19,040 nucleotides of DNA. Origin: Abditibacteriaceae bacterium. Lineage in GTDB: Bacteria > Armatimonadota > Abditibacteriia > Abditibacteriales > Abditibacteriaceae. The notes under the pieces are model-generated. The model had not been told where the DNA came from and did no database searches. It worked only from the letters and a program-made list of their open reading frames with translations. Positions within the stretch are counted from its first letter, which is position 1. Every line of letters begins with the position of its first letter. This document shows positions 10,453 to 19,040 of the stretch, one piece after another. Position numbers and translations under genes: made by a program. The stretch spans positions 1-19,040 of the forward strand of contig JANPJS010000282.1 of NCBI GenBank assembly GCA_031425655.1, in the 5' to 3' direction.

Positions 10453-10647
10453 ATGCAAAACAACGAAAACGGCGCGACTGATATGCCGACTGAAGTGGCC
10501 GGTAACGCCACGCGCGAAAGCACCGGCACCGATTTACGCACCAACGATGGCACTGCTGCGGGCGCGCCGCAAGAACGCGAAAGCGAGCCGCCGCCGCCTT
10601 TGGCCGGTGTCGAATTGCCCGGCGAGGCCTACGAAATCGGCAATTAA
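10453..10647 (+). CDS. Small acidic hypothetical protein (64 aa)
   Basis: GGAG SD shortly before ATG 10453. It fills the gap between hisS and the convergent gene, and the two stop codons overlap at TTAA (10644-10647). Confidence 0.5.
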   Translation: MQNNENGATDMPTEVAGNATRESTGTDLRTNDGTAAGAPQERESEPPPPLAGVELPGEAYEIGN

Positions 10648-11168
10648 ACCTTGCCGCGTTTGCGCCGAAAACGCCGGTTGGCACGCTCTGCGGCGGGAAG
10701 CAAGGCGGCAAAATCGGCGGGCGCGATGGCCGATGCATCAAGGCCGGGCAGAAGTTCTACGCCGGCCTCTCGAAAAGCGCAAATGACTAATTCACAGCAT
10801 GAAAAACGTGAGTTTGGCGAGCGGTAGTTAATATGCAAGCTCTTGAACACGCGCTCTAAAACCAAAACTGCGATGCCGACAACATCGTAATTATCGCCGA
10901 CTTGTTCGCGTGCCCATTTCTCGGCATGAACGCCGCCATTACCTGCTGCGGGAATTACTAAATAATCGTGTTCGTTAGCCTCGCGCAGATTGCGCAACAC
11001 CACGCCGCTCGGACGCGCTTCGACCACACATTCGTCGCCCGCGCAAATGCCGACGTGGTAAAACGGCGAGTGCGTAAACCACGTTATCAGCCGCGTTACG
11101 CCACTCGCGTTGTAAAAAAGCAGAATGTCGCCGGCCTGCGCCGGTTCTCTGGAAGGTTTTTTTCTCAT
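10644..11168 (-). CDS. Permuted papain-like NlpC/P60 enzyme (YiiX/YebB-like)
   Basis: GDILLF, then His motif (SPFYHVGI), VVEA, G-x-x-YD, and the Cys motif afterwards (FSCCELV), which is the permuted order. Confidence 0.8.
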   Translation of the reverse strand: MRKKPSREPAQAGDILLFYNASGVTRLITWFTHSPFYHVGICAGDECVVEARPSGVVLRNLREANEHDYLVIPAAGNGGVHAEKWAREQVGDNYDVVGIAVLVLERVFKSLHINYRSPNSRFSCCELVICAFREAGVELLPGLDASAIAPADFAALLPAAERANRRFRRKRGKV

Positions 11169-11194
11169 GGAGCCGCAAAGAGCATGGCAAAAAG

Positions 11195-11233
11195 CGAACC
11201 GCCGCCAGAATTTTCTGGCGGCGGTTCGCTTTG
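11195..11233. repeat. 39-bp palindromic direct repeat, copy 1
   Basis: cgaaccgccgccagaattttctggcggcggttcgctttg; a perfect hairpin whose arms extend to aaagcg / cgcttt. Confidence 0.9.
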
Positions 11234-11387
11234 GTATTAAACGCTGGACAAACGACCAGACGCCGAAGTTAGGTGATATTCATGCGCTTTCGAACATATA
11301 AATGTCGAGATTACAGCGGAAATATTCGGCGGCAACACGGAAGCTTAGCTTTGTCCGTTAAAATACAAATATGAGAGGTCAAACAGT

Positions 11388-11864
11388 ATGAAGGAAATGA
11401 CATCGCTCCACGAGGCCCAAAAATCGCGTCAGGCTAAAGCAGCTTTACATCATTCGGACTCTAATCCGTCCGAAATCACAGATATTTACTGGATTTATGC
11501 TATTCGTAGAAATGGGAGTTATCCTTCGGCTACGGATCAAAGCGGCAAGTGGCTGGTTTTCGTTCCAGCCAGCCAAATAGACGAAGTCTGGGTAGGGATT
11601 AAAAAGGCAACGGAGGAAGGTAGATTGGGCGGTAGTTCAAAGGTATCAACCTCCAAACCCAACCCAAATGCTACCGACTCTAATATAAGAGTAATTTGCG
11701 TTTACACTTATGATTGGACGAATGAAGAAGATGTAAACCGCGTTCGAGACGAACTTCGCGCATTGGGAATCACACGCAAGATTCCTTACAAAGCCGATAA
11801 AGACACGTTGAACGGGAAATACCGTATCGCAGGTGATACAAAAATTAGCAAACGATACGAGTAA
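11388..11864 (+). CDS. DUF1917 / Bles03 (eIF4E-like fold) family protein
   Basis: SGKWLVFV...IDEVW..IK.AT..G.LG...KVST...VICVYT.D....DV.RV...LR.LG.....YKAD resembles DUF1917. GAGAGG SD present, and the gene is visibly AT-richer than its neighbours. Confidence 0.75.
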   Translation: MKEMTSLHEAQKSRQAKAALHHSDSNPSEITDIYWIYAIRRNGSYPSATDQSGKWLVFVPASQIDEVWVGIKKATEEGRLGGSSKVSTSKPNPNATDSNIRVICVYTYDWTNEEDVNRVRDELRALGITRKIPYKADKDTLNGKYRIAGDTKISKRYE

Positions 11865-11931
11865 AACAATAGACAAATAAAGCACTGACCGCGAACTCTA
11901 ACAGCTCTTCATTCACTCCACCTGAAAACAA

Positions 11932-11970
11932 CGAACCGCCGCCAGAATTTTCCGGCGGCGGTTCGCTTTG
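11932..11970. repeat. 39-bp palindromic direct repeat, copy 2 (probably also the ABC-F terminator)
   Basis: Identical to 11195-11233 at 38 of 39 positions. Confidence 0.9.
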
Positions 11971-11986
11971 ACGGCGCAAGCGCGAT

Positions 11987-13585
11987 TTACTTCTTCTTTT
12001 TTGAGGAAGTCGCCAAACTCAGGCGTTCTTCGGCTAAGATGCCGCCTTCTAAATTGTAAGCTTCCTGCGCGACGGCGTTGACGAATGGCCGGTCGTGCGA
12101 AGCGATAACAAGCGTGCCGCTGAAGCCTTTCAGGGCTTCCTGCAAAACCAGACGGCTGGCCGGGTCAAGATGGTTAGTTGGCTCGTCGAGCAGAAGGAAA
12201 TTTGCCGGGCGCATCAGGAATTTGGCAAGCGCGACGCGGCTGCGTTCGCCGCCACTAAGAACGCGCACCGGTTTATAAACTTCCTCGCCGCGAATGTGCA
12301 GGCGTCCCAAAATATTGCGCGCGGCGCCTTCGGGCTGCAAATCGAGGCCGTGCAGCACTTCCTGCAAAACCGTGCGTTCGGGGTCGAGAGCTTCAGCCTG
12401 ATGCTGCGCGAAGTAGCCGGTTACGACGTTGTGGCCCAATTCGAGCGTGCCGTCGGTGGGCGTTTCAACGCCGGCCATGATGCGTAGCAATGTGGATTTT
12501 CCGGCGCCATTGGGGCCGAGCAGGGCGAGGCGCTGGTCACGATTTACTTTCACGTTCACATCAAGCAGAACGGTGTGGTCGCCGAACTTTTTGGTCACGT
12601 TGCGAAGTCGCAAAATTTCCTGAGCCGGTTTCGGCGCGGGCGGAAACGAAAGCGTAATCGGTTTCGCGGCGTTTTTAGGCGCCTCGATTTTCTCCATCTT
12701 GTCAATTTGCTTTTCGCGGCTCTTGACAGCGCTGGCTTTGGTCGCTTTGGCGCCGAAGCGGTCAATAAATTCCTGCTGGCGTTCGAGTTCGCGCTGTTGT
12801 CGGTCGTAGGCGGCTTGCTGTGCTTCGCGTCGCTCTTGCTTCACGCGCTGAAACTGATGGTAATTGCCGGTATAAGATTCGAGCTTGCCTTCGTCGAGTT
12901 CGACGATGCGATCCACGACTTTATCTAAGAATTGCGGCTCGTGTGAGATCACGAATACGGCGCCGGGATAATCTTCTAAATAGTTTTCCAACCACTTGCG
13001 CGCGGCGACATCAAGATGGTTGGTCGGCTCGTCGAGGAGCAGCAAGTCCGGTTCGCGCAAGAGTAATTTCGCCATTGCGATTCGCATTTGCCAGCCACCG
13101 GAAAACTCGTCGGTCATGCGTTCGAGCGCGTTGGTTTTGAAGCCCAGGCCGTGCAGAACGCGCCCGATACGCGCGTCCATCGTGTGCGATTCCTGCATTT
13201 CCAAATCGGTTTGCGCTTGTGCGAGTTGGCGCAAAACCGTGTTCTGCGCGTGGCCTTCGGCATAAGCGAGTTGGTCGCTGAGGCGCTCAATTTCGGTTTG
13301 CGCGGTTTCGGCTTCGGGAAAGGCCGAGCGCATTTCTTCGCGCACCGTTACTCCCAGACGGCACTGCGATTCCTGCGTCAGCAGTCCGACCGTATTATAG
13401 GCGTCGAAGTGAATTTCGCCGCCGTCGGGTTGTTCCTGCTCGGCGATAAGGCGAAATAAGGTTGTCTTTCCGGTTCCGTTCGCTCCGACTAATCCGACGC
13501 GGTCGTAAGGGCCAATGAAAAGGTCGGCGCCGGTCAAAATGATCTGCGGGCCATATTGTTTGGTTAAGTTCTCTATTGAAATCAT
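11987..13585 (-). CDS. ABC-F family ATP-binding protein (ribosome-associated)
   Basis: Two ABC domains (GANGTGKT / FSGGWQMR / LLLDEPTNHLD and GPNGAGKS / LSGGERSR / LLLDEPTNHLD), a helical inter-ABC linker and no TM segments. Confidence 0.93.
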   Translation of the reverse strand: MISIENLTKQYGPQIILTGADLFIGPYDRVGLVGANGTGKTTLFRLIAEQEQPDGGEIHFDAYNTVGLLTQESQCRLGVTVREEMRSAFPEAETAQTEIERLSDQLAYAEGHAQNTVLRQLAQAQTDLEMQESHTMDARIGRVLHGLGFKTNALERMTDEFSGGWQMRIAMAKLLLREPDLLLLDEPTNHLDVAARKWLENYLEDYPGAVFVISHEPQFLDKVVDRIVELDEGKLESYTGNYHQFQRVKQERREAQQAAYDRQQRELERQQEFIDRFGAKATKASAVKSREKQIDKMEKIEAPKNAAKPITLSFPPAPKPAQEILRLRNVTKKFGDHTVLLDVNVKVNRDQRLALLGPNGAGKSTLLRIMAGVETPTDGTLELGHNVVTGYFAQHQAEALDPERTVLQEVLHGLDLQPEGAARNILGRLHIRGEEVYKPVRVLSGGERSRVALAKFLMRPANFLLLDEPTNHLDPASRLVLQEALKGFSGTLVIASHDRPFVNAVAQEAYNLEGGILAEERLSLATSSKKKK

Positions 13586-13689
13586 CGCAAACAGTGTAAG
13601 TCATGTTTGGCATCTAATGCAGCCGTTGCACGAAACCGGGCGGACTCGGCGTGCGTTTTGCGGCATACTTATCGCGTTTGCACTGCTTT

Positions 13690-14358
13690 ATGTCTTCTTC
13701 CAACCTCGCTCCGGGCCGCCGTTTTCGTTTGCCCAAAGAACCTTTTTGCGGCTTTTCTCACATGGCCGGCATCGCGCTTTCCGTTGTCGGACTTATCGTT
13801 TTACTCATCGCTGCCAAAGGGCGGCCTTTGCACTTGGCGGCTTTTGGCATCTACGGCGCCAGCCTGATTGTGCTTTACACGGCCAGCACGCTGTATCATT
13901 CGCTGCACGTCCCCACCGAAAAAGAAGTGATTTTAATGCGCTTCGATCACTGCGCGATTTTCGCGTTGATTGCGGGCACATATACACCCGTTTGCCTCGT
14001 GACACTGCGCGGGCCGCTCGGTTATACGATGTTAGCCGCCGTTTGGGGTTTGGCGCTTTTCGGCAGCATCGGCATCTTCGTGTGGAAGCTCAAATTTGAA
14101 GTCCCGCGCGTGATTTTGTGCGTGGTTATGGGTTGGATGGCGCTTTTTGCCATCGGCCCGATGCGCGAGGCGTGGTCGCCGACTGGCTTATGGCTCTTAA
14201 TTGGCGGCGGCGTGCTTTATTCCGTCGGCACGATTATTTTCGCTACCGATTGGCCGCATTTGGTGCCCGGAAAATTCTCGGCGCACGATTTATGGCACAT
14301 TTTCGTTTTGGCCGGAAGTATGTGCCATTTTGCTCTGATTCTTTGTTTCGTGGCCTAA
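13690..14358 (+). CDS. Hemolysin III / PAQR family membrane protein
   Basis: SH, ASTLYH, FDHCAIFALIAGTYTP and HDLWHIFVLAGSMCH motifs with about seven TM helices. Start taken at ATG 13690. Confidence 0.9.
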   Translation: MSSSNLAPGRRFRLPKEPFCGFSHMAGIALSVVGLIVLLIAAKGRPLHLAAFGIYGASLIVLYTASTLYHSLHVPTEKEVILMRFDHCAIFALIAGTYTPVCLVTLRGPLGYTMLAAVWGLALFGSIGIFVWKLKFEVPRVILCVVMGWMALFAIGPMREAWSPTGLWLLIGGGVLYSVGTIIFATDWPHLVPGKFSAHDLWHIFVLAGSMCHFALILCFVA

Positions 14359-14362
14359 ACCT

Positions 14363-14731
14363 GTGAAATATCTCGCTCTCATCGCGCACGACGGCAAAAA
14401 GAACGACATGGTCTGGTTTTGCCAAAAGCATCAGACTTTGCTCGGCACGCAATCGCTTTTAGCCACGCGCACGACGGGCAGTGTGATCGAAAGCGAAACC
14501 GGCCTTGCCGTCACTAAAATGCTGTCTGGGCCGCTGGGCGGCGACTTGCAAATCGGCGCTTTGGTTTGCACGCAGGAAGTTAAAGCTGTTATTTTTCTTC
14601 GTGATCCTCTGACCGCGCATCCGCATGAACCCGACATCGCCGCTCTGATGAAAGTCTGCGACACGCATAACATTCCCCTCGCCACCAATGTAGCGACGGC
14701 GGAAATCGTTCTACTCTCGTTGGAAAAGTGA
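14363..14731 (+). CDS. mgsA: Methylglyoxal synthase
   Basis: ALIAHDGKK, ATRTTG, SGPLGGDLQIG, DPLTAHPHEPDI and NIPLATN motifs; GTG start. Confidence 0.95.
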   Translation: MKYLALIAHDGKKNDMVWFCQKHQTLLGTQSLLATRTTGSVIESETGLAVTKMLSGPLGGDLQIGALVCTQEVKAVIFLRDPLTAHPHEPDIAALMKVCDTHNIPLATNVATAEIVLLSLEK

Positions 14732-14743
14732 ATTCTGCGGGTT

Positions 14744-14776
14744 GGCGTGCCGGGTTTTTCAAAGCCCGGCAACGTC
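14744..14776. terminator. Hairpin between convergent mgsA and the hypothetical gene
   Basis: tgccggg (14748-14754) pairs with cccggca (14765-14771), with weaker flanking pairing. Confidence 0.5.
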
Positions 14777-14782
14777 GTTCGG

Positions 14783-15340
14783 TTAGTCTTCCGGCACAGG
14801 CACCGGCGATTGCGAAACGGGCGCCGCCAATGTCGCAGCGGGACTCACACGACTGCGATTTTGCGTGTCGAGTTGCGACTGAGCGGCGGCCTCATCGCTT
14901 TCGCGCTCGGTATCGGCGGGCAAAATGGCATCGGCGCTTTGAATTTCCGCAAAGTCAGTATTTAATGGCGATGCCGGCGCACTGGTTTCTATCTTCGGAG
15001 TGAGCTTTGCCGTTGTCGGGCGCGGCGTGGGTTGTGAACTTCCAAACGGTGATTGAACGGGCGGCAGTGCGGTTTCCTCTATCACGTTCGTAGGCGGCGC
15101 CACCATTAATTCCAAGCCATCTTGCGAAGCGCGTTCCGACTGCAAAATAGGCTCAACCACCGTGTTTTTGGCGGGCTGCACTTCGTGCAAATTTTGCGCG
15201 TAATTCGTGCTGGCCGAATAGCTGACCACACCAATCACGGTCAGGATGCCAAGCCCTAAAATCGTAAAGATGAAGCGCGATAAAAACGAAGATTTTTCTT
15301 CGCCGAAATCGAGATATGTTTGGGGAGATTGATTAGTCAT
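14783..15340 (-). CDS. Hypothetical single-pass membrane protein with Pro/Ser/Thr-rich tail
   Basis: One hydrophobic helix (FIFTILGLGILTVIGVVSY) followed by low-complexity sequence. The start is uncertain (15340 or 15391). Confidence 0.6.
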   Translation of the reverse strand: MTNQSPQTYLDFGEEKSSFLSRFIFTILGLGILTVIGVVSYSASTNYAQNLHEVQPAKNTVVEPILQSERASQDGLELMVAPPTNVIEETALPPVQSPFGSSQPTPRPTTAKLTPKIETSAPASPLNTDFAEIQSADAILPADTERESDEAAAQSQLDTQNRSRVSPAATLAAPVSQSPVPVPED

Positions 15341-15399
15341 GGGTGAATTCGCTTGCGGTTTCGCTCGCTGACACAGCGAATGAGGTGCCATTTGCGATT

Positions 15400-16233
15400 T
15401 TAGAACGGCAAATCGAAAACCGGGCCGCGTCTCACGTCCGGCGTCGGCTGGCCCAGCAATTTTTCAATCCAATCGCGCACGCCTTCGCTCAGGCCGCTGA
15501 CGAAAAACACGTCGCTGGACGCAGCATTCGACGCTGTGTTCATGGCGCGTTCGCCAACGATCTGCGCGACTGCGCAGGCCACGGCTTCGGCGGGATCAAC
15601 AAAGCAGACTTCAGGTGCTTCATTCTGCAAAAGCGGCAAAAGCAAAGGATAATGCGTGCAACCCAAGATGACGGTTTTCACGCCGGCCTCGCGCAACGGC
15701 TGCAAATAGCGGCGGCAGGCGCGGCGCGCGGCGACAGATTCGGTTTGCTCGTTTTCGACAAGGGGCACAAATTCGGGACAGGCGACTTGCAAACACGCTG
15801 TGCCGCGCCGCAGCTTTTCCAGCGTGGCCGGATAAACCTCGCTTTCCACGGTCGCCAGCGTCGCCAAAACGCCGATGGGGCCGCTTGGCGCGATTTGCAG
15901 CGCCGCCCTTGCGCCGGGTTCGATCATGCCGACAATCGGCGCATCGAATTTCTCGCGTGCTAAATCGAGGGCATAAGCCGAACTGGTATTGCAGGCGAAA
16001 ACCAGCATTTGCGCGCCCTCGGACAGCAAAAACTCCGAAATACTGAGAGCAAAATGACGCACTTCCTGCGGCGTGCGGTCGCCGTAAGGCACATGAGCGG
16101 TATCGGCGAAATAAAGCAGGGACGCGTTCGGCAGCAGCTTGCGAATGCAGCGCGCGACGGTCAGGCCGCCCACGCCGCTGTCGCGGATGCCGATCACGAA
16201 GTCGCCGGGCGTTTGGGCCGCTTCCGGCTTCAA
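15400..16233 (-). CDS. murI: Glutamate racemase
   Basis: DSGVGGLTV, PYG, ACNTSS and LGCTHYP motifs. The TTG start overlaps the upstream TGA stop. Confidence 0.95.
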   Translation of the reverse strand: MKPEAAQTPGDFVIGIRDSGVGGLTVARCIRKLLPNASLLYFADTAHVPYGDRTPQEVRHFALSISEFLLSEGAQMLVFACNTSSAYALDLAREKFDAPIVGMIEPGARAALQIAPSGPIGVLATLATVESEVYPATLEKLRRGTACLQVACPEFVPLVENEQTESVAARRACRRYLQPLREAGVKTVILGCTHYPLLLPLLQNEAPEVCFVDPAEAVACAVAQIVGERAMNTASNAASSDVFFVSGLSEGVRDWIEKLLGQPTPDVRRGPVFDLPF

Positions 16234-16991
16234 TGTGCGGCCACCGTAACTGGGGGCGTTTTTTCGGAAGACTTACTCAAAACGCTGGCGTCAAGCGGAA
16301 TCGGGTCGGTCACGTCGTATTGGCCGAGCGCGCCGGGGCTTTGGCCGTTGCGCAGGAGTAAGATCTGAAAATCATCGCCCACGCCGTTTTGCCGATAAAA
16401 CCCGGCTAACGTGTGTGCAATGGCCTGAATCGTGAGGAACGGACGGCTGTCCATCGCCCAGTAATCGGAGTTCCAGAACGTCGCGTTTAGGGAAACGTGC
16501 GCGATATTAATGCCGGTTTCGGTCTGTTCCAAAGTCAAATCTTCAACTTCGGTGCCCTGCGGAAAATACTGCGGCGCGGCGACAAAGAGTTGTTCTAAAG
16601 CGGTGATGCCTCCCATATTTCCGATGGTTTTCGAGTTGGTGGGCATTTTAGGCGCTTTTATAAGGAGATTTGGATTGGTCGGACGGCGATGCAGCATTTC
16701 GTCCTCGCCCGGCACCAGAATAACAGGTTGCGACGGCATTTTTTGCGGCGCCGGAGTTGGCTGCGCGGACACGCGACGATGCCGTTTATTGAGCAAAATT
16801 TCCTCGGTTGAAGGCGAGATTTGCCACGAGAAAGCCAGACACACAAAGGGCAGCAGCAGCATTGCCGGGACAATCAGCGTCCACGGCTGCCAGAGTTGCA
16901 CGGTGCGCGGCAGCGACGCGGGTTCAGTCAAAAGCGGGTCAACAGCGGGCTGAACGACGGGTTCGGCATCGGAAACGGTGTCGGTGGTCAT
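16230..16991 (-). CDS. Membrane-anchored GerMN-like domain protein
   Basis: One TM helix, a Pro-rich linker, then ALEQLF...FPQGTEV....L......AHVSLN..F...IQAIAHTL, which resembles GerMN. Start set at ATG 16991. Confidence 0.6.
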   Translation of the reverse strand: MTTDTVSDAEPVVQPAVDPLLTEPASLPRTVQLWQPWTLIVPAMLLLPFVCLAFSWQISPSTEEILLNKRHRRVSAQPTPAPQKMPSQPVILVPGEDEMLHRRPTNPNLLIKAPKMPTNSKTIGNMGGITALEQLFVAAPQYFPQGTEVEDLTLEQTETGINIAHVSLNATFWNSDYWAMDSRPFLTIQAIAHTLAGFYRQNGVGDDFQILLLRNGQSPGALGQYDVTDPIPLDASVLSKSSEKTPPVTVAAH

Positions 16992-17011
16992 ATGAGGCTT
17001 TTCGGCGCGGC

Positions 17012-18736
17012 CTATTGTTTTGGTTTTCCGTAGCGCGCGAGATAGTTGGAAATGCCTTGCGCCATCGCATTGGCGAGGCGTTGGCGAAAATTGGGATCGA
17101 GCAGCAATTTTTCCTCGCGCGGATTGGAAATATAACAGCTTTCCGTGAGCACAGAAGGCATAAAAGTGCGCCGTGTCACCCACAAACGCCGTTGAATAAT
17201 GCCTTTGCTGCGCAGTCCTGTGGCTTTGGCCAACTCGTTTTGCACTTCGCGCGCGAAGGCCTGCGACTGCGCGCTGGTGTAATAAGTCGTGGTGCCGGTG
17301 GCGGTCGCGGTGGGCGCCGAATCAATGTGGCAACTGATAAATAAATCGGCCTGGCGTGAGTTGGCGAAGTCGCAGCGGCCCTGCAAAGTCACGAAATAAT
17401 CGCCGTCGCGCGTCATCAAGGCCGTCGCGCCGCGTTTTTCAAGCTCGTCGCGCAAGCGTTTGGCGATATCTAAAGTATGGTTTTTTTCCACGCTTTGTTT
17501 GCCGGGCGCGCCGCTGTCCTTTCCGCCGTGTCCGGCATCCACGACGATGGTCAAGCCGCCCAGTGAAGCGTTCAAATTTGGAAGCGGTGGCGGATCGGCG
17601 GACGCGCCGGTCGGGTCGAGCAAAACCAACGCAAACATCGAGCGGTCGGGCAGAGTTTGCACGCTGCTTTTCAGATCGTCTTTCAAATCAAGCACGATGC
17701 GCGCTGTATCGGGGAATTTTTGGAAGAGACCTGCCCGCACCCGCGCCACACCGCCGCTACCACTCGTGACCACGCGCTCGGTGATGGAGTTGGCGGCGTC
17801 CAAGCCCAGCGAGTAGCCGGGAAAATCAATGTAAATTTTGGCCGGATTTTCGATGGTGCCGACTTGAGGCGCGCCCTCCTGTCCGGCTTTGGGCAGAGGC
17901 GCCGAGGTTTTTATGGTGAGCGCCAGCACGCCCTTCACGGTGAACAATTCCACGCTTTGAATCGTGGGATTCAGATGCAGCGTGCCGTTGGGCGCCAGAC
18001 GCGGTGCGGCGCCTAAAAGCGGCGCGATGGAGAAAACCGGCAGCCAGATTTTGTCTTTGATTACTAAAGGCGCGGCGCGCAGAGGCTGTTCGACCTTATT
18101 GATATAAGCCACGCGCTTGCCTACGGTCAGCACGATAGGAGCCGAGCCGTTCGATAAATTCAATTGAAAATAAGTGTTGTTGTCCGGCCCGTTGGCGCCG
18201 CCCGGCAAGTATTCCGGCGCGACGTGCGTGATGAGAACGCCCATTTTTTCCAGCGCCGGGCCAATCGGAGCCAGAACGTCCAAGTTGCCCATGCGCAGCG
18301 GCGCTTCGGCGATGTCTTGTCCGGCGACCTTCAGGCGCGTGATCGCGGCCAGATCAACCGGCAGCATTTCCGTGATAGCTTCGTTCACGCCGCCGTGACC
18401 TTTGTCGTCGGCGGAGGCAGTCGCGCCGGTGTTGGGCTGCGAAGGCCCACCGAGCGAGCCTTCGGCTGGCGCAGCGACGGTTGTTTTCGCGACTGCATCG
18501 GGTGAAGCCGCCGTTTTGGCGCTGCCGGAACTTGCGGCCACGCTTGAATTCGTAGGGCGAGTGCTGGTGTCAGGGCCAAGCGGCACACCGAGCAGCGTGG
18601 TTTGCGCTGATGCGGCGATGCTAAGTGAAGCGAAGAGCCATGCTGTCAGCGGCCACGAAAGGCGGCGCGAGAAACCGGGAAGTTGGCTGGCGGAAACAGG
18701 GGAGAAACGGAAAATTGCGAGCGCGTGGTGCTTCAT
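17012..18736 (-). CDS. N-acetylmuramoyl-L-alanine amidase (Amidase_3) with N-terminal stalk-like and AMIN-like domains
   Basis: IVVDAGHGGKDSGA, EKNHTL, MTRDGD, ADLFISCH and SVLTES motifs, so the Zn ligands and catalytic Glu are present. Signal-like N-terminus; start set at ATG 18736 with an AAGGA SD. Confidence 0.9.
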   Translation of the reverse strand: MKHHALAIFRFSPVSASQLPGFSRRLSWPLTAWLFASLSIAASAQTTLLGVPLGPDTSTRPTNSSVAASSGSAKTAASPDAVAKTTVAAPAEGSLGGPSQPNTGATASADDKGHGGVNEAITEMLPVDLAAITRLKVAGQDIAEAPLRMGNLDVLAPIGPALEKMGVLITHVAPEYLPGGANGPDNNTYFQLNLSNGSAPIVLTVGKRVAYINKVEQPLRAAPLVIKDKIWLPVFSIAPLLGAAPRLAPNGTLHLNPTIQSVELFTVKGVLALTIKTSAPLPKAGQEGAPQVGTIENPAKIYIDFPGYSLGLDAANSITERVVTSGSGGVARVRAGLFQKFPDTARIVLDLKDDLKSSVQTLPDRSMFALVLLDPTGASADPPPLPNLNASLGGLTIVVDAGHGGKDSGAPGKQSVEKNHTLDIAKRLRDELEKRGATALMTRDGDYFVTLQGRCDFANSRQADLFISCHIDSAPTATATGTTTYYTSAQSQAFAREVQNELAKATGLRSKGIIQRRLWVTRRTFMPSVLTESCYISNPREEKLLLDPNFRQRLANAMAQGISNYLARYGKPKQ

Positions 18737-19040
18737 GAGGCTTATCCTTCGCCCGAATCTGCAACCGAAGATCAGAAGGGCGGCGGCGCGGAGGGCAAAT
18801 GGGCGGCGATTGCTGCGACGATGTTTGACACCGCAAAACGGCATAAGGGACGAAGGCTACGCGGCCACGGCGAACGCCGCGCTGCATTAAAGGATAACGA
18901 AAACTCGCGGCATCGGGCAACGCCGGCGCAGGATGGCAGGGCAAACGCATGAGAACTTGCCCGGCGAATAAATTCGCGGCAACAAAGCGGCAAAGTCGCC
19001 CTGCGGCGACTAAAAACTCAGAAAATAGTCCGCGAAGGTG

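Noticed and set aside
11195..11970. CRISPR interpretation of the palindromic direct repeats
   Set aside because: There are only two copies about 700 bp apart, no spacer-sized intervals and no cas genes.
11987..13585. Antibiotic-resistance (ARE) ABC-F assignment
   Set aside because: The subfamily cannot be assigned by eye, and there is no attenuator leader or mobile context.
16992..17183. Extended N-terminus of the GerMN-like ORF
   Set aside because: It overlaps the amidase C-terminus on the same strand; ATG 16991 is more plausible.
18994..19011. Short hairpin agtcgcc/ggcgact near the window end
   Set aside because: The stem is only 7 bp and the upstream context lies outside the window, so no function can be supported.

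Overview
GC-rich bacterial chromosomal window, mostly housekeeping. The gene content suggests a Terrabacteria lineage, possibly Armatimonadota/Abditibacteriota, but that is a guess. In order: glnD (-); a divergent two-gene c-type cytochrome module (secreted planctomycete-type cytochrome c, then a DUF2231-like membrane domain fused to cytochrome c) behind an ECF-sigma-like promoter; a heat-shock operon dnaK-hsp20-dnaJ(class II)-hspR (-) with no grpE and two HAIR-like operators upstream; hisS; a small acidic ORF; a permuted NlpC/P60 gene; an AT-rich DUF1917/eIF4E-like gene bracketed by 39-bp palindromic direct repeats; an ABC-F ATPase; hemolysin-III/PAQR plus mgsA; and a cell-wall cluster (amidase-GerMN-like-murI-hypothetical). 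The most notable signals are the repeat-bracketed foreign-looking gene, a covarying REP-like palindrome family, heptamer-built hairpins inside the chaperone operon, and the DUF2231/cytochrome c module. Family assignments come from motif recognition by eye; no searches were run.
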